Shown: positions 16,217 to 24,570 of the stretch, one piece after another
Numbering within the stretch: position 1 is the first letter of the stretch
Layout: every line of letters begins with the position of its first letter
DNA from: Methanomassiliicoccales archaeon UBA147
GTDB lineage: Archaea > Thermoplasmatota > Thermoplasmata > SG8-5
NCBI GenBank assembly: GCA_002496385.1
Contig: DAJR01000027.1
Span: 1,155-65,154, forward strand
Length of the DNA: 64,000 bases
Direction of reading: 5' to 3'
Made by a program: the position numbers and the translations under genes
Notes under the pieces: model-generated
The model's input: only the letters and a program-made list of their open reading frames with translations
Told to the model about the DNA's origin: nothing
The model's database searches: none

Positions 16217-16294
16217 GACAGAAAGCAGGTTTTCCGTGGCACAACTCAACGCCAAATTTTAAAATATAGACTGCTATACAGCGGCGGTGTTTCG

Positions 16295-17155
16295 ATGATA
16301 GTTGTAGGAGGTTCTGCCTCGGGGTCCCTGTCGCGCGAGCTCTCAAAACGGCTCGGCTGCAGGATGGCCGATGTCGAGATAAAGAGGTTCCCTGACGAGG
16401 AATGCTATGTCAAGGTGAAGGAGCCCCTGAAAGGCCAGGACGCTGTCATCGTCCAGACGACATACCCGGACCCGAACATCCTCGAACTCCTGCTCCTCCA
16501 GGACGCTGTGCGCAACTCGGGCGCGGAGAGCATCACCACGGTAATACCTTATTTCGGTTATGCCAGGCAGGACAAGAGCTTCACGGAGGGCGAAGCGGTG
16601 AGCGCGAGGCTCATGGCCAAGCACATCAGCCTTGGCACCGACAGAGCCTTCACGATAGACATTCACAATATCTCAGTCCTGGAAGCATTCACTGTCCCGG
16701 TCCGGAACCTCAGCGCTATGCCCGCCATCGGCAAGTTCCTCGCTGATAACTCTGTGGATTTGATAGTCTCGCCCGACGAGGGCTCGAAGGCCAGGGCCAG
16801 CCTGGCCGCGGAAGCCGCAGGGTGCCAGTGGGACTTCCTTCAGAAGAAGAGGATAGACGGCAGCACCGTCGAGATCAAACCGAAGAACCTGGACGCCAAT
16901 GGCAAATCCATCGCGATCGTGGACGACATCATCGCCACGGGCGGAACCATGATAAAGGCGGCCGAGCAGCTGAAAAAGCTCGGGGCAAGATCCGTCTTCG
17001 CGGCCTGCACGCACGGCCTCTTCACGGGCGGCTCCCTCCCGAAACTTCAGGCATCGTTCGACAGGGTCCTCTCCACGGACACCCTCGAGCGCCCGACCTC
17101 CGCAATCTCAGCCGCGGAATGCATCGCCCAAGCTCTGAAAAATACATCTGGCTGA
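16295..17155 (+). CDS. prs: Ribose-phosphate pyrophosphokinase
   Basis: MIVVGGSAS...RFPDEE...YFGYARQDK and the PRPP-binding loop VDDIIATGGTM. The start is moved to ATG 16295 because the 16205 extension lies inside repeat copy 3. Confidence 0.9.
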   Translation: MIVVGGSASGSLSRELSKRLGCRMADVEIKRFPDEECYVKVKEPLKGQDAVIVQTTYPDPNILELLLLQDAVRNSGAESITTVIPYFGYARQDKSFTEGEAVSARLMAKHISLGTDRAFTIDIHNISVLEAFTVPVRNLSAMPAIGKFLADNSVDLIVSPDEGSKARASLAAEAAGCQWDFLQKKRIDGSTVEIKPKNLDANGKSIAIVDDIIATGGTMIKAAEQLKKLGARSVFAACTHGLFTGGSLPKLQASFDRVLSTDTLERPTSAISAAECIAQALKNTSG

Positions 17156-17340
17156 TGATTTTCTTTTGTTCGAACGTTGTACCAAATGGTATTTAAATAC
17201 CTGTGTATATAGGGTAGGATAACAAGAGAAAAAACAGGCGAAACTCAGGTCCCTTGGGGGGTATTCATCTTCTAAAGGGTTTTCTGGGATTTGTGCTGTT
17301 TTTTCGAGAAAACAGAAAAATATGAGAGGAGGAACGAAAC

Positions 17341-20286
17341 ATGAAAACCCAATTAATCAAAGGAGCTAGTTTTATGACAGCCATGCTGTTCGTCAGCATG
17401 CTGATGGCACCTGTTCTCGCCGCTCCCCTGCTGCCTTTCGACAGGCTTGGGGACACGACCCAGAACAACGCCATTGTATGCAGCTGGATAGACGGCGTGG
17501 AATACGGAAGAGCGACGACAAGCGGAACAGGCTACCTGGACATAAGTACCGCAGGCGACGAGACCGACCAGACAACTGAGAAGACCGGCGGCAACGCAGG
17601 CGATATCATCCAGTACTCAGTCGGCGACCTGACCGGTGCAACCGGCGCGTTCTTTGCAGTAGCCGAGAACGACAACTTCGTCACTGGCAGCAGCTTCACA
17701 GGCGACCTGACCATCGACGCCGCAACGAACCTTCTGAAGATCGACGTCCTGGCATCCCAGTCCACCGTGACGGGACTGCCTGACTACATCTTGATTTACA
17801 ACCCGACAGGCGGCGCAGTCGACGCCTCAACCTATTCCCTGCAAGTCGCAGCTGGATCAGTCCTGGCAATAGCCACAGGCGACATACCGACCGGCCTGAC
17901 AGTGAACAACAACATCAACATTCCGGCAGGCGGCTCACTGGTCATCGACATGACCAGGTGGGGCGGACTCGGAAACGCAAACGCGGTCAAGCTTATCAGG
18001 ACAACAGGATCCCGCGTCGTTGACAGGGTCGAGTACGGCGCAATCGCAGCCGAGCCAGAGAACACGATCATGACCAACGCCGCAAACCCGGCATCCGGCC
18101 AGGAAATCTACAGGATAGGCACCCACCAGGACACGAACCAGTGCGCAGCCGACTTCCAAACAAGGGTGCAGACAGTCGTGAGGGACACAACCCAACCGAC
18201 AGTCCTGTCCACAGTGCCGACGAACACAGCAACCGGCGTCCTGATTACCCAAAGCGTTATCATAACCTTCAGCGAGTCAATGAACACCGGATCATTCACA
18301 TACACCTGCTCGCCGAATCCCGGCGGATGGAACCCTACCTGGAGCACCGTAACCTTTGCAAATGACCGTGTAACACTCACACACACGAATTTCGCCTACA
18401 ACACACTTTACACATTCACGATAACGGCAGCGACCGACCTCGTAGGCAACGCACTGAACCCGACCCCGTACGCATGGACATTCACGACCGAACTCGCACC
18501 CCCGGTGCTTACGACCATGACCATCACGACCGACCCGGTGACAATCACCGATATCTATGTCGGCACGATGCCGGTCAGCGTCCAGGGATACGACCAGTAC
18601 CTCGCACCGATAACCTGCACACCGGTTTGGAGCGATAACTCTGTCGGCACCACATTCATCAACGTAGTACCGGGCAGCCCGGCGACAGCCGACCTCAGCG
18701 CGGACGGCAGCCAAGTGTCCGGAACGTTCACCATCACCGCAACCGACGGAACAGTTTCCGACACCGCGGTCCTGCAGATCAACGCCTACACCCCGGTGCT
18801 TACGACCATGACCATCACGACCGACCCGGTGACAATCTCCGATGTCTATATCGGCACGATGCCGGTCAGCGTCCAGGGATACGACCAGATAGGCGCGACA
18901 ATGGCCTGCACACCGATCTGGAGCGATAACTCTGTCGGCACCACGTTCATCAACGTAGTACCGGGCAGCCCGGCGACAGCCGACCTCAACGCGGACGGCA
19001 GCCAGGCAGCCGGAACGTTCACCATCACCGCAACCGACGGAACAGTTTCCGACACCGCGGTCCTGCAGATCAACGCCTACTTCCCGGTTCTGACGACAAT
19101 CGTCATCACCCCGGACCCGATATCTGTCGCAGCGAGCGGCTCCATCGGAGTCTCGGCACAGGGATACGACCAGATGGTCGCACCCATGGCCTGCACCCCA
19201 GCATGGGCTGACGCATTCGGCGGCGGCTCGTTCTCCGGACAGGTCGCAGGCAGCCCCGCAACCGCAACCTACAACGCAGGCGCAACAGCAGGCGGACCCT
19301 GGATCGATGCAATAACCGCGACCGTTGGCTCGATAGTCGGAGCAGCCGACCTGACAATAACAGGCGGCGGAGCACCACCGGCAACCCAGGTCAACACAGT
19401 CGTTGCAACGCCCCACACGAACGGCGGAGCAGACATCCAGCTTGAGTGGACCGAGATCGGCGACGCGACCTTCTACAACGTGTACGAGAGTGCAGTTGTG
19501 ACTGGAACCGGCTTCAACTTCGGCACCCCGAGCTACGTCGTGCCGGCATCCGGAACTGGCAAGGTAATCTACCAGCTCACAGGTAAGTACGCGGACGCGA
19601 ACACCTACTCATGGGTAGTCAGGGCAGCCAACGGAAACGGCGAGAACACCGACGTTCCCGCAACAGGCGGCAACATGGCCTACAAGCAGATTCGCACATT
19701 CAAGACTGGAACAGGCTCAGTTACACCCGACTTAAACTACCTCGCTCTCCCACTGAAAATAAACATTTCCACCAACGACGCTTCAAGCCTAAGAAACGAC
19801 ATCAGGACTTGGGGCAGCCCGATAACTGGTGTAAATGCAATCGGAACATGGAATTCAGATGGTGGTGCATGGATAGTCAGAACTGGTGTTGGAACCAACT
19901 TCCCGTTACTGCCAGGCGTAGCTTACAGGATTGGCGCGATATTGCCTTCAGTAACCTACAAGATAGTTGGCGCACATGACCAATCTGTAAATGCGTTCAC
20001 CTTTAAAATTGGTACTGGGGCTGTTACGCCAGACTTAAATTATGTTGCGCTTCCATACCACACAACACTAGGCTTCGCAGCAGACCTTAGAACGGACATC
20101 AGAACCTTTGGTAACCCGATAACTGGTGTGAATGCAATCGGCACATGGAATTCAGACGGTGGTGCTTGGATTGTCAGAACCGGAGTTGGAACAAACTTCC
20201 CTCTGGTGCCAGGCGAAGGTTACAGGATTGGCGCAATACTGCCATCTGTAGCATGGACCTGCCCGTTAAGAGTTCCGGGAGCATAA
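17341..20286 (+). CDS. Secreted multi-domain surface protein, 981 aa. Domains: LTD-like, SbsA-type Ig-like, 3x Big-like repeats, FN3, and 2x C-terminal repeats.
   Basis: Signal peptide ...LFVSMLMAPVLAAP. A GGAGG Shine-Dalgarno-like sequence lies upstream. The SbsA-like segment is TQPTVLSTVPTNTATGVLITQSVIITFSESM. Internal repeats were read directly from the sequence. Confidence 0.85.
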   Translation: MKTQLIKGASFMTAMLFVSMLMAPVLAAPLLPFDRLGDTTQNNAIVCSWIDGVEYGRATTSGTGYLDISTAGDETDQTTEKTGGNAGDIIQYSVGDLTGATGAFFAVAENDNFVTGSSFTGDLTIDAATNLLKIDVLASQSTVTGLPDYILIYNPTGGAVDASTYSLQVAAGSVLAIATGDIPTGLTVNNNINIPAGGSLVIDMTRWGGLGNANAVKLIRTTGSRVVDRVEYGAIAAEPENTIMTNAANPASGQEIYRIGTHQDTNQCAADFQTRVQTVVRDTTQPTVLSTVPTNTATGVLITQSVIITFSESMNTGSFTYTCSPNPGGWNPTWSTVTFANDRVTLTHTNFAYNTLYTFTITAATDLVGNALNPTPYAWTFTTELAPPVLTTMTITTDPVTITDIYVGTMPVSVQGYDQYLAPITCTPVWSDNSVGTTFINVVPGSPATADLSADGSQVSGTFTITATDGTVSDTAVLQINAYTPVLTTMTITTDPVTISDVYIGTMPVSVQGYDQIGATMACTPIWSDNSVGTTFINVVPGSPATADLNADGSQAAGTFTITATDGTVSDTAVLQINAYFPVLTTIVITPDPISVAASGSIGVSAQGYDQMVAPMACTPAWADAFGGGSFSGQVAGSPATATYNAGATAGGPWIDAITATVGSIVGAADLTITGGGAPPATQVNTVVATPHTNGGADIQLEWTEIGDATFYNVYESAVVTGTGFNFGTPSYVVPASGTGKVIYQLTGKYADANTYSWVVRAANGNGENTDVPATGGNMAYKQIRTFKTGTGSVTPDLNYLALPLKINISTNDASSLRNDIRTWGSPITGVNAIGTWNSDGGAWIVRTGVGTNFPLLPGVAYRIGAILPSVTYKIVGAHDQSVNAFTFKIGTGAVTPDLNYVALPYHTTLGFAADLRTDIRTFGNPITGVNAIGTWNSDGGAWIVRTGVGTNFPLVPGEGYRIGAILPSVAWTCPLRVPGA
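18502..19374 (+). repeat. Intragenic tandem repeat, 3 x 291 bp (97-aa Ig-like units)
   Basis: Units start at 18502, 18793 and 19084. Units 1 and 2 differ at 13 of 97 aa by my manual alignment. Unit 3 is diverged. Confidence 0.9.
19699..20283 (+). repeat. Intragenic tandem duplication, 2 x about 303 bp (C-terminal domain pair)
   Basis: FK(T/I)GTG(S/A)VTPDLNY...ITGVNAIGTWNSDGGAWIVRTGVGTNFPL.PG..YRIGAILPSV is repeated at 19699 and 20002. Confidence 0.85.
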
Positions 20287-20300
20287 ACCAAAACTAAAAT

Positions 20301-20330
20301 GGGGCTCCTCCGGGAGCCCCCCTTTTAATC
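20301..20330 (+). terminator. Hairpin plus T-tract terminator after the 981-aa gene
   Basis: ggggctcc-tccg-ggagcccc (perfect 8-bp stem) followed by ccttttaatc. Confidence 0.6.
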
Positions 20331-20417
20331 ATTTAATATATTAGAGAATAGAAACAATATAGCAAGCTCAGAAAGAGAATGGGCATATCACGATCCACAG
20401 ATTCACAGTATGGGAGG

Positions 20418-20460
20418 GCCTGATTCAGGAAATCAGGCACGCCTTTTCCCTGAAAAGGCG
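20418..20460 (+). promoter_or_regulatory. Twin perfect 8-bp hairpins in the leader of the 985-aa gene
   Basis: gcctgatt-cagga-aatcaggc (20418-20438) and cgcctttt-ccctg-aaaaggcg (20440-20460). They lie 38-80 nt upstream of the ATG at 20498. Confidence 0.4.
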
Positions 20461-20497
20461 CTCACGAGCATTAAATGAGAAAAACCAAAGGGAGGAA

Positions 20498-23455
20498 ATG
20501 AACACCAACAGAGAAAAACGAGAAAATAAAATAGAGGAGATGAAAAATATGAAGACGAAAATGATAGCGACTATATTAGCGCTTGGAATGGTGGCAGGTG
20601 CCTTTGCCATGATGGCCACACCTGTGAATGCAGCTGCTTACCACGGTTTCTGGTTTGCCGAAATAGATAATGGCGAGGCCAGATGTCGCGATTCCAACGA
20701 TGGCGCAGTACCAAACGGCGGGGTTTCTCGCTTTTGGAAAGCCACAGAACCACAATATCATCAACAGGGCTTTAACGTTGCGCTTGGAACACCATGGGTA
20801 GGAATGAGCGATTGGATTGGAGCAAACGGCCAATCGAGTACCGATTATGTGGGAATGATGCAGACAACAGGCCTTGCAGGTCCTACAGATGTAGCAGCAG
20901 GGGATTCAATCTACTCAGTTATTGAGTTAGATGCTACTGTTGCAGCAGAACCAAGAACCTACTACTCAACAATCGATGGCCCCGCTGGATTCGGATGGAC
21001 TGTCAGAGGTACAGTACCAAACGGTTACCTCTGGGCAGGCAACCACAATGCAATAGCATTGTCCGATGAGGAAATATTCCCATCTGGATTCCCCGCAACA
21101 ACCTTCTTCGAACTGTACAAGATGCCGGCAGTGACCTTCACTGACGACACAACCAACAACTGGGCATTCCCGGCACACGAGGCAGACGTTCCCGGAAACA
21201 CCGCATCCTGCATCGAGTCCTGGGTACTGATGGAAGGCGCCGCAGCAGGCGACAACGACGGGCCCTGGACACAGGTTGGCGTTACACAGCCCTACGGAAC
21301 AGCCATAACCTACGACAGGACACCTGACTTCTACTACTGCGTCCGCATAATATGGGACGGAGCGGTAAACAGCGCAGTGCTGAGCCAGCCCCTCCAGAAC
21401 ATCGAGGGACCACCCACGACATTCGCACCAGAGGCATCTGCCCTGCTCTCGACACCCGCGACACACAACGGCAACACAGTGACCGAGTATGTGACCATAA
21501 CCGCGACAATAACCGAGTCAATCGCAGATACAACCCCCGACACGATCAACGGAGCACAGCTCCGCGTTGACGGCGGCGCACCTGTAGCAATGACTGCGGT
21601 AGATGGCGCATTCGATGGCGAGGCCTCAGAGGCAGTTACCGGACAGTTCGACTTCCCGAGCCCATTCACGGAGGGCGTGCACACCTTTGAAGTACACGGC
21701 TCCGACACGGGCGACGGCTACAACGCGACCTGGATGAGCGGCACATTCACCGTGACCGACACCACAGCACCGGTTGCAGCATGGGGCATGGTTCCCGGCG
21801 CAACAGCCTACATCGGTAACAACCTGGTCTTCACAGCAACCTACGAGGACTTCAGCAACTACCAGGCAGCAGGCTCATACCTGACCTGGTCACTGAACGG
21901 CGTGCCACAGGCTAACGTTCCCCTCGTCGGAGTACAAACCGGATGGGGAAGCTACCTGTACACAGCGACAGCGACAATCCCGACCGGCGGCTTCGTCGCA
22001 GGCGATGTAATCACCTACAATGGACAGGTAACCGCAGCATCCGTAGGACCCCAGACGACAGTCCTCGGCGCAGGCGGACCGATCACGATGGACGACCCAC
22101 CGACATTCCTGGACCCGTTCCCGGTGTACGGATATGTATATCTGTATGACGGAACCTTCGCAGGCGGATACGCCCCGACCGCACAGGTCGGAGCAGCCGT
22201 GTCAGTTAGCTGGTACGATGTGTCCATCGGAGCAGTCAACACAGCCAACGGCGTTACGAACGCCCTCGGTCAGTTCAGCATCGACATACACAACGGAATG
22301 GTAGCCGACCCGCTGGCATACGGCATCGAGATAACCTCGACCGCAACAACCGGCAACATCGGATACAACTGGACGGCAATAGCTGACTGGATGGCGCCGG
22401 GCGGCGTCTGGATGAACGTACTGTGCGGTGTACCGTACGATGTCATAATCACATCCCCGCTCGCACTACCAGTGCCCAACGTGTACGCATCCATAGGGTT
22501 CCCGGTAACCTACCAGATAGTGGATATCAACGGCGTGCTTGCACCCGGATACTTCACCTTCAATGACGGACCGATGCACTGGCACAGCAACGACACACTG
22601 TTCGTACCTCCGGCAGCAGTCCAGTTCGATGGAACTGCATCCGCAACACCCGGCACATACACAGACAACCTCGTCCTATGGACACCCGGATTCATCTACG
22701 TCAACGTCACAGAGAACGATGTGTCAGACTTCTACCTGACACCGTTCGATGCGATAGCCTACCAGATTGGCGGCGTTGCAGTACCCGGATATCTGAAGGA
22801 CTGGGCCAACCTGACAGTTTTCGTACTGGCAGGCGGCTTTGACTGGAACTGCGTAGCATTCGGATGGAACATCGTTTCCGCACCGCAGGACCCGCTATCC
22901 AAGGGAACTGACGCTATCTTCGATGCAGGCGACGCACTACAGGTCTGCTGGAACCACAACGGCACCAACGACAACGCTCTGCAGATTGCAGAGAGGCAGG
23001 TCGACGGCAGCTACATCACTTGGACCATACCCGACGGCGAGGGTGGATTCCCCATCGACGGAGTGCACTCGTACTGGGTATACGCGGAAGTGGCACAGAT
23101 CGTGACCTTCCTTGCTCTGGACTACGTCGCAGCAGGCTCCAATGTCCTCGCTGCAGCGGCAGGCTGGAACATGGTCGGGTTCACACACAACTACGCTACC
23201 TGGTTAGTAATCCCGACATCGGCCATGTTCATGGACGCGACGATTGACGCGGACCTTGCGGGCGTGGACAAGATAATCGCAACCGAGTGGGACTACAGCA
23301 CACAGATGTACGTGAGCTACGTAGAACAAGCTGGCTTCCCGGGAATGCCCGAGAAACTCTGGAGCTGGGACTTCACCTACTCCAACCAGCCCGGTAACGG
23401 ATTGTTCCTCTGGCTCGAAGCCGGTGTAACAATAGAGTTCAACGTCCTGTTCTAA
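20498..23455 (+). CDS. Secreted surface protein, 985 aa. It shares a 234-aa module with the giant protein and ends with a duplicated C-terminal domain.
   Basis: GGAGG lies 4 nt upstream of ATG 20498, with alternative starts at 20540 and 20549. Signal peptide MIATILALGMVAGAFAMMATPVNA. The shared module is at 22115-22816. Confidence 0.85.
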   Translation: MNTNREKRENKIEEMKNMKTKMIATILALGMVAGAFAMMATPVNAAAYHGFWFAEIDNGEARCRDSNDGAVPNGGVSRFWKATEPQYHQQGFNVALGTPWVGMSDWIGANGQSSTDYVGMMQTTGLAGPTDVAAGDSIYSVIELDATVAAEPRTYYSTIDGPAGFGWTVRGTVPNGYLWAGNHNAIALSDEEIFPSGFPATTFFELYKMPAVTFTDDTTNNWAFPAHEADVPGNTASCIESWVLMEGAAAGDNDGPWTQVGVTQPYGTAITYDRTPDFYYCVRIIWDGAVNSAVLSQPLQNIEGPPTTFAPEASALLSTPATHNGNTVTEYVTITATITESIADTTPDTINGAQLRVDGGAPVAMTAVDGAFDGEASEAVTGQFDFPSPFTEGVHTFEVHGSDTGDGYNATWMSGTFTVTDTTAPVAAWGMVPGATAYIGNNLVFTATYEDFSNYQAAGSYLTWSLNGVPQANVPLVGVQTGWGSYLYTATATIPTGGFVAGDVITYNGQVTAASVGPQTTVLGAGGPITMDDPPTFLDPFPVYGYVYLYDGTFAGGYAPTAQVGAAVSVSWYDVSIGAVNTANGVTNALGQFSIDIHNGMVADPLAYGIEITSTATTGNIGYNWTAIADWMAPGGVWMNVLCGVPYDVIITSPLALPVPNVYASIGFPVTYQIVDINGVLAPGYFTFNDGPMHWHSNDTLFVPPAAVQFDGTASATPGTYTDNLVLWTPGFIYVNVTENDVSDFYLTPFDAIAYQIGGVAVPGYLKDWANLTVFVLAGGFDWNCVAFGWNIVSAPQDPLSKGTDAIFDAGDALQVCWNHNGTNDNALQIAERQVDGSYITWTIPDGEGGFPIDGVHSYWVYAEVAQIVTFLALDYVAAGSNVLAAAAGWNMVGFTHNYATWLVIPTSAMFMDATIDADLAGVDKIIATEWDYSTQMYVSYVEQAGFPGMPEKLWSWDFTYSNQPGNGLFLWLEAGVTIEFNVLF

Positions 23456-23476
23456 ACAGGAGCCAAGAAACGGAAT

Positions 23477-23520
23477 GCCTGCGCCGGAAGGCGCAGGCCC
23501 TCTTTCCTTTATTTAATTTT
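23477..23520 (+). terminator. Hairpin plus T-rich terminator after the 985-aa gene
   Basis: gcctgcgcc-ggaa-ggcgcaggc (perfect 9-bp stem) followed by cctctttcctttatttaatttt. Confidence 0.65.
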
Positions 23521-23550
23521 AACAAATTTTAAATACTAACTTTAGAAAAT

Positions 23551-23558
23551 TTTATATA
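23551..23558 (+). promoter_or_regulatory. TATA-like box upstream of the giant gene
   Basis: gaaaattttatatac in an AT-rich spacer, about 115 nt upstream of ATG 23671. Confidence 0.3.
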
Positions 23559-23670
23559 CATCTTAGAGATATACGTTAGTCATCTATAAACAGTCAACAA
23601 AGCATCAATCGTATCGCCGGGCAGCATACAGTCTCTGGGCTAGTTGGCTGAGAGTGCAAAGGTGACAGAC

Positions 23671-24570
23671 ATGTCAAAGAAGGACCTTGAACGACAAGGC
23701 GATGGAGGAGGCGGGACAAAGCAGTGTCCGATATGCGGAGCCGAGAACGCTCCCGATGCATCAGAGTGCACGGGCTGCAGTTTCACGTTCGAAGCGGACG
23801 ATATCGTTGAGACGACCTCAGCGGCACCCGGTTCCGGCTCGACCGTTTGCAATGACTGCGGAGCGGAACTGCCCGCGGGAACAACCTCATGCTTCATTTG
23901 CGGGGCGGAAATAGGAACCCCTTCAACCGAAACAATCCCCGAGCCACCGGCCGAGGAAACGCCCCCGGAAGAAGAATGGGATGCGGGCGTTGTCGGCGGG
24001 GACGCTGAGCCGGCTCCGGAGGAAGTCACCGAAGAACCGGAAGAGATTCCCGAGCAACCGACGCCCGAATTGCCAGAGCTCGGAGAGAATGAGTTTCACT
24101 GTCCCTCATGCGGCAAGCCGATCGCCATGGGGACGTCCAAATGCCCGGAATGCTGGGCAGAGATACCCGAGATGATACGCTGCCCCAAATGCGACCATAC
24201 CATACCATTGAGTTCTGAGGTTTGCGCCGAGTGCTTCGCGAAGCTGAAGAACGGGGTTCTGATCGAAGAGCCGCCAGAGGAAATGCCCGAACCGGCAGAA
24301 TTGCCTGCGGAAGACCTGAACGGCGGCGAGCTGGAAGAGCACATCGACGAGGTTACCGAGATATATGGCGTTGAATGTCCGTTCTGCCATGAGATTGCCA
24401 ATCCAGGCGACGACATCTGCCCTGAGTGCGGAATGCCTCTCATCGAGCGCGAGGAACCGGCGGAAGAGGAACTCGCCCCCCGGAAGAAGCCGGAGAGGGA
24501 CTGGTACCGCATAATCGCCATCGGCGTGGTTGCAGTTCTGCTCGTTTCCGGTATACTGCCGTTCGCGATA
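23671..24570 (+). other. Predicted cytoplasmic head of the giant protein: five CxxC...CxxC zinc ribbons in acidic/proline-rich linkers, then a TM helix (24502-24570)
   Basis: The five ribbons are CPICGAEN..CTGC, CNDCGAEL..CFIC, CPSCGKPI..CPEC, CPKCDHTI..CAEC and CPFCHEIA..CPEC. The TM helix is WYRIIAIGVVAVLLVSGILPFAI. Confidence 0.75.

Noticed and set aside
16205-16294. There is a 30-codon N-terminal extension of prs (MNSCDRKQVFRG...).
   Set aside because: The first 12 bp of the extension, including the ATG, lie in the conserved right flank of repeat copy 3 (gaactcttgc...), which is shared with copy 2. Canonical Prs begins at MIVVGG (16295).
23644-23670. The ORF-track start of the giant gene is at TTG 23644 (MAESAKVTD...).
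   Set aside because: An in-frame ATG at 23671 follows nine codons later and I see no RBS favouring the TTG. The difference is immaterial to the architecture.
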